Source of the DNA: Octopus bimaculoides
Taxonomy: Eukaryota
Direction of reading: 5' to 3'
Assembly: GCF_001194135.2 (NCBI RefSeq)
Contig: NC_068981.1
Coordinates: forward strand, 41,962,034-42,006,651
DNA: 44,618 bases
This document shows positions 13,047 through 26,216 of this stretch, in pieces. The position numbers and the translations under genes were made by a program. The notes under the pieces are model-generated. The model made no database searches. It worked only from the letters and a program-made list of their open reading frames with translations, and was not told the origin of the DNA. Position 1 is the stretch's first letter; each line of letters opens with the position of its first letter.

Positions 13047-15075
13047 ACACTGATACACAAACACATTCACACACATACATAAACGCGCAAACACCAATAC
13101 TTACATAATCAGGCACGCACACACAAACTTTATATATTGGTGTATGAATGTTTCTGAATGTGTGCTCGTGCACGTGTGGGTGTGCGCATTCATACGAGTG
13201 CATGCACGTGTTTATGCATTGACAGCTATTATGAACTAAAGCTGGCTGATCAAGTTAAGTCAAACAATGGACATTATCTGCGTATGCATACATACACAAA
13301 CACACACATGCATATATACACACCCACGTATACATACATAATACAAATATATAAGTATATATACACACACATACCCACGTGCACTTTCACACACACACAC
13401 ACATTCTTTCTCTCATTCTATCCCTCCCTCATGCGTATAAATATGCAAACATACATATATATTGTTAAAAGCAATTTGCTATACTTAATATTTTGTACCG
13501 AAAAAATATATTTCACCAACTGAAATTATAACCACAATGAGAACAGTCACTACTGTTAATGAAATACATCTAAAAGAAGCCAGGGAGAAAATTCCCCAAG
13601 ATTCAACTGACTAAAAATTAACTGGAGATATACCCTTAGGAGTAGATTTGATATTTGACAGCTAGAAAGACAACTCCGGACATTTTTCAGTATTAATAGT
13701 CAATTACTGGGCCCTAAAGCTTCACAGACTTCAATAATTAAGATAAACAGTTTTGAAGTGTGAAGAACATTTACTGAATGTCACAAAAATAAAGTGTCAC
13801 ATGATGCTTGTTGTTGAAGAATATATAGTAAAATGCATGCAACAATATTTCAGGTGATGTGCCGAAAATAGTTTTTATTTATCCAAATTATAACGCTTTT
13901 AGCAGAAATGAAATTGTCTTTGCATATATTTACGTGCGTATCCATATAAGTATAGTAGAAACAATGGATACGGGAGATAGTGTATACTGGAAACTTTATT
14001 TGTCACAACGATCGTTTCTACACACCTTGCACCGCTCCTTCGTGGGTAGGAAACTATATAGTGAATTACAGCGCACCAAACAGTGCAGAAATATCTCTTC
14101 GGGTGATGCATCTCAGTTTCTCGTTACATAAATGATGTTCTGCCCTAAAATTTAACTTGAGCATGTTGATAGTAGTCGTATCTAAAATACATTGGTATAT
14201 ATATATAATACAGAATGGGACAAGAACGCAAAATATCCAGACAGTTAGGTGATTCAAGAAAGGTACAAAACATATACAGATAGACGATACAAAGAAAGCA
14301 CGGACATGTCATTCGGAGTTTTCTCTCTTCAGTCGAGATCCAGATTATCCTTGCAATTTCAGCTGGTTATTCTCGATATATATATATATATACTTCCTTA
14401 GCACACATATATTTATTTATTGGTTTGTTCCGAGAAAGGGCATTTGGCCAACAGAGATTCTCTAAGATCAGTGTGATCAATGTGACTAATGTTTTTTGTA
14501 TTGTTGTAAGAAAATAAAGACACGGATAAGCAGGGAATTTAAGAGGGATGACATTCTGGTGCGGATGGAATGATTTAGCGGTTAATGCAGTGATTTAAGG
14601 GAGGTGGGATGGTTGACAAGAACAGGATAATCATTGATTCAAGAGTTTCTGAATGGAGGTGGAACGCTACCTCTATATGTAGACATTTTATAACCAGAGG
14701 TACTCATGAAAATACGGTCAGCTTTATTAACTTAGAAAAAATGGAGGAAAGAGAGAGAGAGAGAGAGAGAGAGAGGATAACGTAGAAAGCGAAGGATACT
14801 GCAAAAAGTCCAATTTCGTTGGTTGAATCAATCTACAACGAGATTACCATCCGTAACCAATGGTTTTTCGCTCTCACGCACAAACACGCTCATGTTTATA
14901 AGCATACACACATATGAATACTTATGGACGCTGTCATATCGATATACTTCATAAAAGTGTGTCTATATAAAACCTTAAAATTCAAGTTTCACTTTCAAAC
15001 TGAAAATATTTAAAATACCAAAGTTCAGCTGCATAGATTGTTCTACTGTGATGTAGGAAGAAACTAGAAAAGATG

Positions 15076-15122
<47 letters not shown>

Positions 15123-16525
15123 TACACACACTGAGCCACGCAAACAGACAGTCACACACACACGCGCGCTCACACATTCTATCACATGCATGCAAACATA
15201 GGTGCATGTACACACCACAGATATTTATACTCACGAGTTGCTCTGTCACTATTAGTAAGTGTTTATTTACACACATATTTCCTGTCTACTCAATAATTTC
15301 AAAGACTAGCCACAACATTTTTCTGACTGCTGTCGAATGAAAACAATGTATACTTATCACACCAATAAATACTAAACCTGATGACATTACCAGCTGTAAT
15401 TTCCTACAGAGTTTTGGGGGAAACCATATTGATATTTAAAAGTACATTTGATTATTGGCGTAATCTTAAAATGATAGATAAATCCTCTTCTGTTTTTGGC
15501 ACTGTTAGGAAACAAAAATATATCCTTCAACAATAAACTTGCATTTCTTATCAGATTGATAAAAAAAACATCATCTTATCTTTTGTTTATTACCGCGTGT
15601 TTTTGTTACAATTCTAATCTGAAATGAGTTCAGTTTAATCATGATTTGGAGAGTGAATACGGTCTTGTATCAAGCATCTGCTAAAGGTAATCGAAATTAA
15701 AATATTTAAAAACAAATATGAACACTGTCTCTGGGGTTAAGTTCATATTTCAGTTCAATGGCTGCAGTTACACAATATAAGCAGTTACAAAATACAATTA
15801 TCCAATATATTTGTGGTGAAGTGACAACAGATTAAAAATCTTGATCCGAGAAATGCCCTTTCTAAATTGTCTGGAGGACAAGGTTTCATTTCGTCTGATG
15901 GCACCAATCGTGTTAAATATAGTTCAGTTTACTAGTCACGGTTAGTTCACAAAGACAAACACTCTGAATTAGGCTTATGGTCAAATGAAAGATTGGTTAA
16001 GACAATTCGAATTAGTTCTAGATGCTCCCAATAAAAATAATAAAAAAAAGCAACAATAAAAAAGCAAGAATAAAAAATGATTAAATTATATCGACTGAAC
16101 AATAACAATAAAAGGAAATTCAGTAACAAAAGTAGTTTAAATCTAAAATTAGCAGCCAATTAAATTTAACACCTAATTAATTCTGCAGAGTTTACGGTAA
16201 TGATTTTCATCCAGATTTACAGTAAAAGACATAATTCTCCTTTAAAATTTTGAATTGTATCCAGCATTCTTCATTTAAGGAGATACATACAGGAAACGTT
16301 TTGTACTAATGAATATTGACTTGGCACATTGATTTCAATTTGTATTTTATTATGAAGTGAAGCAAAGAAACAAAATTCTGAAAGAGCCAGAGAATCTCTA
16401 CGTGGCTGAGCAATCTGCAAGAAATAACAACCAAATCTCTCTCATTTTACAGCCTACAATCTTACAAAAGAGGACCCATCAGGTAGTGTAGGTCTCTACT
16501 ATATAATCCAATTTCTCTCTCTCTT

Positions 16526-16609
<84 letters not shown>

Positions 16610-17669
16610 CCCTGACCAAGTAAGTCTACTCGATCAGGGCTGACTGAGTGCCACACATCAATATGAATAATACATTTTAATCAAAGTTAATAAATTTTAT
16701 ACGGCATAATTTTATATTCATGTGCTTTATTTGACATGTTTATGTCTGCTAGCCTTTTCTTAAGTACATTTTCAGTTTCGACACTATTATAATGCAAATC
16801 CTTCTTGAAAGATCGTAATGAAAAAGTGATGGAATTACATTTACCAGGTTTGAAACCTTTGAATAATCGTTAGCCGCTTTCTCTCTTTCCACAAGTCTCT
16901 GTCTCTAACTCCCTTTTCTCTTGCTACCTCCCTCCCTTCTTGTCTGTATGTCTGTCTGTCTGTCTGTCTCTATACACACACACACCATACACACACACAC
17001 CATACACACACACACCATACACACACACACACACACCATACACACACACACACCATACACACACACACATTTATATATGCTACAAACGAACAGTCATTTA
17101 CGAGTTACGGTTACTGCTTTTTATGTAAGTATGCTTTTCACTTGCTAGATCTAGAGGAAGGAATAATGCCCTGAGTATTTTCCGGCTCTCCTTACATCTG
17201 TAAGATTGTTGCCATTAATGTTTTTTTCGAATCTTTGTAAGATAATACCTGCAGGAAAGACGTGGGCCGCAGGATAATCCCAGGTGGGGGGGGGGGCGAC
17301 GTTCATGAAAGGACGTTCACGAAAGGAAGGTCTGGGAAAAGGATTAAGGCAGAGCTTGAACCAGCAAAGGTGATGGGAGGAGGAGAGGGTGAGGCGAGTG
17401 TTTGCTGTAAACTTGAGTGTGGTTGCATGAACTCAGTCAGATGTGAAGAACAAAGGTCATTAGAGAAGTGATAGAAAACACAAAGAAATGAGACATTGCT
17501 CGTATGGGCTATGGGCTGGTGTGTACATGCATCCGCACATACATCCCTATACGTACGCATATGCATGCTCATATGTGTAGTATTAAGCAATTAAAATAAG
17601 ATTGGAGAGTTAACAAATTAATGGATTACCTAAGTGACTTACGGGATATGTGCTGTGTGGTTATTTAGG

Positions 17670-19110
17670 TTGCATTTAGATTTGTGGTAAAATTTGAAGG
17701 TATGGAAAAAAGCAGTGGCTTCATGTACTTAGGGCCTCGTTATATTTATTTTGTAGTATTGAAGAGTTGTGTTTTAATATGTGGAATGCCTCTTTTAGGC
17801 ATAACTTACAGGCATTTTGTTGATCTTGGCATGGAAGCCCTGAATTTATTATGGAACATAACATGGTGTAGAGAATATTCTATTTTTGAGATGATGTATG
17901 TGACTGGCGAATGTTGTGGATTTACTGTTTCTCGTATCTAAAAGAATTGAGATGCGCAGTATATCGTTGTTTAAAATTTACAGTTGATCCTAGATATATA
18001 TGGTGGTAGAATTGTGAAGTGTGTTGAGGATGATGCATTTATAAATTACATCAGACCTTCTGCAATGGGTTTGTAGAGGGTAGATGGCCCAGCACAGCAT
18101 TTACATGGTAGTGCATTGTGGGGATTATTTTCAGGAATGGAGGGCGTAAAGATGTAGGAGAAGTTAGAGAGGGGGTAGATTAGTCTATGTTATTAACATT
18201 ATTATTACTATTATCATTAATATTTCTATCGTTGTTGTTATTTATCCTATCTGTAATAGTGGTGGAAGTGGTGGTAGTAGTATTCTGGTTAGTGTTAGTG
18301 GGATTGGTAGGGTTTCCATTGTGGTCTAAAGAATAGGGTTCGATATTGGAGCTATGTATATGTTGGGTGCTCATGTATTCAGAGTTGTTACAATGTAAGT
18401 TTTGATAATAGAGAGAAAGTTTTCGTTTATTAGAAGCTGTATGATAAACTCAAAGTTGGGCAGTAGGATAGCTTTAAAGTAGATCTATAAAAGATAGAGT
18501 AATATTTATGTTGATGAGAGGAGTTGGAGTCCAGTATATTAAAAAAGGATTAAGCTAAGTTCTAAACGTTTAGTGAGAAAGGGAGGGTGTATACCATAGA
18601 ATAGAGTGGCCACCGCTTTGTTTTGGTTGCTTAAGAGTAGTGTTAGCTATATTTTTAGAAATTAGAGGTGGGTAATATGGCCCGTAATTATTAGTTGTTT
18701 TAGCTTTTCACCTAGTGTTATATGTGTGCGTGTGGAGTCCAAGTTGTCTTAATCTGGTTTTTCCTGGGGTTCTAGTATAGTGTATGTGTGGTCTGGTATG
18801 ATTCTGGTGGTTGGCATGTCGTTGTGATATGATTTGAGATATATGTTGCTTGAGCTTAGCATTAGGGATGTATTTTATGTGTTGGGAGAAGGCGCTGGCA
18901 GCGAGCGCTTGATTGTAATATGGGGTGTGGTTATCGAATATTTCCTCAGTGGATAAGAGGTCAGATATACGAATTGAGATACCCTTAACTAAATTATCAA
19001 AGGTGAATTTGTGGCGATTGGAATTTATGTTTAAGTACTTAAGGTATTGGTTAGGTTTGTGATATGGGGAGTATTGGTAGGTTTCTAAGTTTAAAGTTAC
19101 GTTTCGAAAA
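17670..19110 (-). mobile_element. 5'-truncated, decayed Penelope-like retroelement (RT thumb, linker, GIY-YIG endonuclease)
   Basis: An ATG-less open frame 19109-18708 reads FRNVTLNLETYQYSPYHKPNQYLKYLNINSN...KGISIRISDLLSTEEIFDNHTPYYNQALAASAF, matching the PLE FLDVTLNL..YKPYRKPN..SN...ISRRIS..SS.E.F...YN.AL pattern. Around 18600-18450 it reads ILWYTP/PFSLNV..FFNILD...YSIFYRSTLKLSY (the WFNPPFS motif). From 18067 to ~17740 it reads CRRSDVIYKC...IYLGSTVNFKQRYTAHLNSFR...STTFASHIHHLK...CKLCLKE (GIY-YIG). Stops and frameshifts are present. Confidence 0.88.
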
Positions 19111-19170
19111 TGAGTTATTTTGTGGGAATTTTCAAAAGTAATAGATAGCTTTGTTGTCTCATTTTATTTA

Positions 19171-19228
19171 ACACACACACACACACACACACACGCGCGC
19201 AACGCGCACACACACACACACACACACA

Positions 19229-19317
<89 letters not shown>

Positions 19318-19328
19318 ACACACACACA
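19171..19328. repeat. Long (CA)n microsatellite (~155 bp), representative of many (CA)n, (GA)n, (TA)n, (TATC)n and (CATA)n arrays in the window
   Basis: Direct reading. Other examples: (TATC)n 2980-3035, 3961-4125, 10286-10350; (GA)n 11045-11108; (CA)n 27985-28068, 39487-39638. Confidence 0.97.
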
Positions 19329-19407
19329 TGATGTATGTTAAGTTGTTAAGCCTGATTCTAGAGTAGATCTGACTGGTATTTCCAGCAGATCATACAACTA
19401 CGCAGAG

Positions 19408-19575
19408 CAGTGGTTCTCGACATTTTTAATATCCGGCTCAGATACCAGTAATTTTTAGGGACGCACCAAAAAGCGTACAACACTTTTCAATTAAAGAAAA
19501 AGCATTATATTTATAGAGGGAAGACTGTCGGGGGCTGTCGGAAGAATGCTTGAGGGTAGGTTGCGACCCTGGGAG
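19408..19575. mobile_element. Possible decayed hAT/Charlie-type MITE
   Basis: Begins CAGTGGTTCTCGACATTTTT and contains GGTTGCGACCC near its end, both typical of Charlie-like MITE ends. No clear right TIR or 8-bp TSD. Confidence 0.3.
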
Positions 19576-20424
19576 CCTTGATTCAGGTCCGCTGACATAA
19601 AGGCTTCTATGTTGATTTATTAGTTTCAGTTTTGTTTTCATAACAGAAAGCGAGTTGATATAGCTGTAATCTTAACGGATATAAAATGTTTGTCGCTATT
19701 ATTGTTGTTCATATGTATTCTCTTAATACTAAATTTCATTTACGTTTATTTAGATTAGTATTCAGAATTCGAGGAAAGAGTCGACGTCAGCAGTAATGTA
19801 TAGGTGTGTTGTGTTGTTTTATGGAATCGTCGAATGATCTTTATTTAGTTATGTAAGTCAAGTCAGAGAACTTTTACCGATCCATCACTGAAACTTGATC
19901 GTAGTCTCTGTTCGACTGCATCTTAACCTTTTGTTTAAAGATTTCTGTACAACTCCATCAAAATTTTCTGTACACCTTCATACATGAGCCTAGATATGTA
20001 GGACAAAGGTAGTGTAACAGTTGTTACTTTATCTAACATATCTTATACACAATTTTCTGAGTTTATACAATTCTATTTATAGTTTACAGTTTAACCGCTA
20101 TACATTCCATCCTGAACATCATTGAAATAAATCCATCCCACTTACAACATGCAGATTGTTTTCAGTTATTATATCAGCAAACAGAGGTGAATTTAAACGA
20201 ATGTTTAAACGTACTTTTCACTTCAGTCTAATCTTACACATTCATGTTATCCATTTCGTTATTGTTAACATGTTACCACTTTTGTTTATATCCCATGAAT
20301 AATCTCTTTAGAACTACTTATTTGTCTTCCGGCAATGTATGACACTTTCATGTCATTTCAAACAATGGTTTAAGCACTCGCACGCTACCAATACTTTATC
20401 TTACAGATTTAAAACATACTTAAA

Positions 20425-20460
<36 letters not shown>

Positions 20461-22636
20461 AAATTAAAGTGTATGGGTTCTTTTTTAACGCTATTATGAG
20501 TTTAAAAGAGAAATTCTTATCCCGATTTTATAGTCGCGCAATGAAAATGAACAATGCTTTCACGAAACCTTATAAAAAGGCATGTGTGTATGTGTGTGTG
20601 TGTATATATTTATGCGTGTGTGTGTATATATTTATGTGTGTGTGCTTGTGCATGTGTGATTGAATACATGTGTAAGAGTATTTGTGTGCGCGTGTGTGCG
20701 CGCGTCACACAATCAACTACTTTCCCATGTGATTTACATAATTTCCAGTGTGTCAGTAAAAACGAGTTTACGAATGCAATGTCCAAAATACATCATTACA
20801 ACGACAGGATATATAACAATGTGCCGGTTTGGCTAAACGTGGGCTCTTGGACAAAGAAAACAACTACATACTTCACACGCTGTAAATGATCTCCAGATTT
20901 CGATTAATACAAATCTGTAAGATCTTAAAGTTTAAAGGTCAAATGGTTGTTGAAAGAACGTAGGAAACTACAAACTATTATAGTATATATCATAGTATAT
21001 ATCAAGGATATATTATGCCAACAAACCCTATCACAAAATTATATTCTTTGAAGGTGTTGAGTTCGGTGCTACAAATTCATGAACCTCTATCAAATTTACA
21101 ATACTCCATTGATTACAGCGAGATGGACTGAGAGGTTATGCAGTTGCCTTCTTAACAGATTTCGTTCACTGATGGTGATAGCATAAGAACCGCCAACTCT
21201 ACTGATGAGAGTCCACTTCCGTGTCGATTTCGTTGTCTGTCTCTTCCCTTGCTTAAATAGTTTCTTCATAATATCAAATGTCGTCTTCAAATATGTGTTG
21301 TTATCTCCATGACAACCTCGATCAAATAAACATATAATCAAACACAGTCTACCCTGTCTTTTCAGACATAGCTTATATTTCAAACTATATTACTCAATAC
21401 ATATTTCCTTTTTTTTAAAAAGATTTGTACAGAGATATGGCTACCATGTCTAGCATATCGAAGAACCACATAGAGCCTTCCTTCTCGACTTATGCAAAAA
21501 GTTGCTCCTTAAGTTTGGCAATATTGTGGATTTAGTGCATTTCTTCAAAGCGATAGAAACGCTGATGATATAAAATATTTAACTTCGAATAATGATTAAT
21601 ACTTGTTACGTATTCACGAAACCTTAACTGGATTTGAATACAGAAGAGTAAGACGAAACGACACAAAGTAATTAGTCTGACGCTCAACAAGTTATGCGTT
21701 TTCCCGAACTCACTGAAGTTTCAAAAGCATTAAAATACTCTTTTTATTTCTTTAAAGCTTGGAGTGGTTCTTAAAAGCTAAAAGGGTTTATAGCTGATTG
21801 AAGTGACATCTATATACAATTTACAAACTCCAAAGAAATAGAACCCCCCCCCCCCCAAATAAAATGTTAGTCTCGGTCGGATTTGGACACAGAAGAATCT
21901 AGCTGTACGAAATTACACATTGTAGATCTACACTCAACCATATCTGCCATGTTCTACAATTGGATTCTATTTAGAAAGCAGCATGAATTATTTTACATTT
22001 ATCTTATTTATTTATTGATAATAACCCTCATTACGTTTTATTGTAATCGATTTTTTCAGAGTGTATTTTAATTGCTCAAACTGCGGCATATTTTGTACTG
22101 AACTGTCAAAATTCTATTCTGTACTTTATCAGCATGTAGTCTCTACTAATTTCACAAAAAGCTATAATTTATCAAATAAGATCTATGTTAATTTTTTTCA
22201 TTTTATAATGCAATTATTAGAGACATTTTCGATAGAATTATTGAAGATTTTGGAAACATAATTAAAGAAAACAAACATAGCACTAAAGTTAATCTATTAA
22301 ATGTGCAATTTTCTTGTTATTTCTAACATGAAAATTGCTCAAGAATATAATAATTATGCTATTCTGGTACCAGAGCAGTTTTAACTTAGAATCAAAATCA
22401 ACCTTGTAAAATGACAAATATAAAGCGTCATGTCGACTCATTAAAAAATTATATATTCTTACTAGAAATCGAAGCCTTCATTTTTTTTCTACATGCCTAT
22501 TTCATTGCGATTAATAATTTATAAATTTAAGCTTTACATTCCATTGAGAAGTTATTCTTATGTTGTTTCGTACTGAGTTAGAAAATTCTATGGAAATCAT
22601 ATTGATTTATTCCTTACTAAAAAGACCGAGATGCTA

Positions 22637-22725
22637 TTGTTGTTGCTGTTTACTCCCAAGTGAGTTCTCATCCTGCAGAACTATGATCAAAGGCTTTCAA
22701 AGCCATAACCATTTCATTTTTTCTC
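22637..22725. repeat. Dispersed repeat with a (TTG)n end, similar to 44200-44300
   Basis: Both copies start with TTGTTG runs and share CAGA.CT.T.AT..AAGGCTTTC....C...ACC. Confidence 0.5.
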
Positions 22726-23460
22726 TCTCTCATACACAGTGTATCTAGAACTACATTATCTAATATGTCCATCTCTATTTCTTAAAGGTAGGGTGTGAGT
22801 TGGAGTAGATTTAGCTACGTCGAGCGACCATATAGAAGCTCTCGCGCTACCCCCATATATATCTACTGTTTATTTGATCGACTCCAGAGAGGTGAACGGT
22901 CAATTCGATTCGAACACAAGAAATTTATCTTATAGTGTCGAGGTATTTTTTCCAACCCGCTGAGTTCAATTCACACAAACTTTGATTCTCCTTCTCGGAA
23001 TCTATAAAAAAGTGCCAACACAAAGTATTTGATTGGGAGAACGTCGGACTGAATGCTGTGCGCTATATTTTTCCGGGTCTTTGCATTTTGAGTTCAAATC
23101 CAGCTGTAACATACTTGGCTGGTAGACTTACTCTGCTGCTCAATTTAACATCACCTTGCATCTTGGGAACCCCTTGCAGAATCCACTCAGGCGACTCCTG
23201 TTTGGGGTATTTTAATTTCACTTCCACAAGTCTCGAAAGTCTCGTGAAAGATCATGGGTACTGCCTTCTTCTTGACTAAAGAAAATTTATAATACAATAA
23301 GGGACAACAAAATGTAAAGCATTGTTTCGTAATAATAATATCTTTAATAACTGAGGAGACGATGCTGATTTTAGTTGGTACAAGACCAATACCACAACTT
23401 TATAGGCGAATAGTAAAGTTGACTAGATTGAATAGTAATGGTACATTACTGATACTTAAT

Positions 23461-23670
23461 TGAACAGGCAGAAACAGTTAACTGAATGAAATTAAACGGC
23501 ATTTAGTTACAGCCTTTTATATTAAATGCCTTGGTTTCGACGTCGCCTTTATACATCTAGGATCGATAAAATAAGTAACAGTGATATACTGAGTTCAATT
23601 TAACAGGCTACATTCATCTCTCTCATACAAATTTGAGATTTTGTGACAATGTAAAAAATAATTATTATTT
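23461..23670 (+). mobile_element. Diverged tRNA-derived SINE
   Basis: Contains GGCATTTAG..., GTCGCCTTT.TACATC..GGATCGATAAAATAAGTA.CAGT and an (ATT)n tail. The GATCGATAAAAT core recurs at 24160-24170 and, reversed, at 25500-25520 and 42240-42260. Confidence 0.6.
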
Positions 23671-25489
23671 ACCTAAATATTTTAATGTTATTTACAATAA
23701 TTAGCAAAACTGTCCTGAAAGAACCGTGTATACTATTGCATACCTTTTCCCTCTGCCGGTAAAATTCGAAGATATTTTAAAACTAATAACAATTATTCCC
23801 CAATCCCACCAAATAAAACAAACATTATTTAATAATTTTTGTTATCAAGTTTGTCTCTTTCTAAATATTTGCAAGTTCAAATCACAAAATCACAACTTAG
23901 TCCACTTGGCAGGAATTTTTAGATCGCAATGATGTAACAAGTATCACATTTCAATTAAAGAATATATATATGTATGTATNNNNNNNNNNACAAACATGTA
24001 TTCATGTATATATGCATATATGTATATACTGCATTGAAAATAATATTCCAATGCCAGCAACCAGCATGACTCACTAAAAATTTTATTACTAAAAAAGAAT
24101 AGGAAGGAAAATATTTCAAATGCATTCTGGTCAACGTCATCCATATTTATTTTTCCAGGATCGATAAAATATGCTCCAGAATTAATTTGATTTGATGTAG
24201 TGGATTATAAACATCTTTCCTTATTCATAGTCAAAAAGAATCAATACATTGCTACCAAATGAAATGATACTTCTGATCTGGTTTGTCCAGAAAATCAAAT
24301 TCATTAATCTCTCTGGAACAAACTCTTAAAATACTGCGATGCATTAATTCTAAGTGTGGCTGTAAGTCACTCCTTCAGATACTACAGGTATTGCACTGGG
24401 TATCAATAGACAACTATAAACAGCAGTAAGTTCTCCGTCAAATATTTACGACCTATATCATAGGTACAAGGTGTTTTGGAAAAGAAAGAATTGCAAAACA
24501 ATGTCTAAAAAATGAGCAACCTTTGTCGGAATTATTATGTCAAACCTGATTACCATTTAATTTATTTTCTCGATGGATGTTTTTCCATCATCAGTTTTTT
24601 TTCCTTCATACACATATTTTTGAATTGACATGAAACCGCTCGTACTAAATATAGCCTGCATGTTTACCATGTGACAAATACGGATAGGGATTTACTGTGT
24701 GTTGTAGCATTCCATAAAATTACACATCCGATGTTAAACATGGGATTCCTGATGACCTCTCTGCTATCGCAAATCATTGTCGATCACAGTTACAGGAGTG
24801 GTAGTAAACCACTTAACTTCTCCCTAGTTCATGCACAATGGGTATTCTTCATGGAGTGTTTATTTGTGACACTTAAGATTAAGCTACTTGAACATATTAT
24901 TTGTTTTCCTTTCCAAAAGCCTAGTAGGGTATAAGAAATGTCCAGGCAATTAATAGTCATTCCTATCACTCCATTTATTTTGAATCCCTTTTCATCATAT
25001 ATACTTATTACTTGATGATATTCCCTCCAGGCTAAAAATATGGTGAGCATCGTTCATTGAAACTGAGTACAATAACTGAATCTCAGTTGAAGAAACTTCT
25101 AGACTGAATCTATTTCACTTCAAAAATGCTAGAGTTAAAAAAGTTTCAATATCACTTGATTGCACTTTTCTTTCCCGTAAATATAGGCTTCAATGTTGCT
25201 ATGTAAGCATATTAATATTTTAGGTCGACGCCAGAAATTGGAAAAGCAGCAGATTTTAGCGAAGAAAGATGATGTCCATGATAAGTTACAGGGCCTCCAA
25301 AATTGGAGGGAGGAAGGGGAAAGACGTGTCCTCAAAGCGAAAATATACATCGAATACTTGTAAAAGAGTGGACTCTGTGAAAGGTATCCAAGGAGCCAGG
25401 TGGTGGTGTTAAACCGGGAGACTAGTTAAGTGCACCAGCCTAGTAAGCCATGACGCGATGTTCTTACATTTCTACCAATCCACTGCCCT

Positions 25490-25590
25490 GGACTGGTACT
25501 TTTTTATCGACCCCGAAGGGATGACAAACAAAGTTGATTTCCGTTATATTAGAACTCAGAGCTCCGTGAGTCGGAAAAAATACCATGAAA
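25490..25590 (-). mobile_element. tRNA-derived SINE fragment (same family as 23461-23670)
   Basis: CTGGTACTTTTTTATCGACCCCGAAGGGATG...AAAGTTGA...GAACTCAG is the reverse complement of the family core. Confidence 0.65.
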
Positions 25591-25871
25591 CATGCTGTGA
25601 TGTCTGTAAATGCATTACATAATTCAGTTCCATGTTTTTTAGTAAACTTTTTTTTATCCTCACCCTCGGATCTAATAATACAAACAACACACTATGTTTT
25701 GCCGAAACTGATATACTCTTCTCTTGTATATATGTAAAAAAAACTAATCAAGAGTCTCTTTAAGTTTTTAAGTTAGCTGTATCAAAATTGCTCTCTTACC
25801 AAACAAATTGGTTTAAAAATAACAGATTAGTTATATTTTTAAATACTACTGCTGGAGAGTAAGACTTATTG

Positions 25872-26057
25872 GTCAATATAAAGACTTTCACCCGGGAACA
25901 AAAATAAACCAGCCTGGTGGGTATTAACAAGTGTGTGGAAAACGAATATGAAAAAAAAATGCGCGCTGACGACCCTGAGGTGATGGGTGGATAGGGGATT
26001 TTCGGAAAATTCACAAATCCGATTTTTCCGTCATAACTTCCGGTGAAATGGATATAT
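25872..26057 (+). repeat. Left arm of a ~185-bp inverted-repeat pair (probable non-autonomous DNA element)
   Basis: Reverse complement aligns closely with 27389-27576, for example ...CCGATTTTTCCGTCATAACTTCCGGT.AAATGGATATATA. Confidence 0.85.
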
Positions 26058-26060
26058 ACT

Positions 26061-26216
26061 CTTTTACTCTTTTACTTGTTTCAGTCATTTGACTGTGGCC
26101 ATGCTGGAGCACCGCCTTTAGTCGAGCAAATTGACACCAGGACTTATTCTTTGTAAGCCTAGTACTTATTCTATCGGTTCTTTTGCCGAACCGCTAACTC
26201 ACGGGGACGTAAACAC
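26061..26216 (-). mobile_element. SINE 3' half with a (AAAAGAGT)n tail, inserted next to a TA run
   Basis: CTCTTTTACTCTTTTACTTGTTTCAGTCATTTGACTGTGGCCATGCTGGAGCACCGCCTTTAGTCGAG... matches 9841-9945 and, inverted, 29680-29705. It is cut off by a gap at 26217. Confidence 0.85.

Noticed and set aside
13859-14131. 90-aa + ORF with possible acceptors near 13900
   Set aside because: Protein-like but no recognisable motif and no compatible upstream exon could be supported; within chance for this composition.
16605-16640. Imperfect hairpin CAGCCCTGA...TCAGGGCTG
   Set aside because: Short, and apparently a fragment of a dispersed repeat; too small for a pre-miRNA call.
17160-17215. Possible degenerate hammerhead ribozyme beside the Penelope 3' end (minus: CAGATGTAAGGGAGAGCCGGAAAATA)
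   Set aside because: The CUGANGA core is broken and I could not form a stem I. PLEs often carry hammerheads, but this sequence does not support one.
21425-21500. Minus frame CISREGRLYVVLRYARHGS resembling a kinase hinge
   Set aside because: An in-frame stop lies just upstream, there are no splice signals, and no other kinase motif is nearby.
23031-23110. tRNA-like box-B sequence (GAGTTCAAATCC)
   Set aside because: No cloverleaf; it is a decayed SINE head, not a tRNA gene.
24560-24600. CTGATGA-TGGA-loop-TCCA hairpin on the minus strand, resembling a hammerhead core
   Set aside because: GAAA does not directly follow stem II, and stems I and III are absent.
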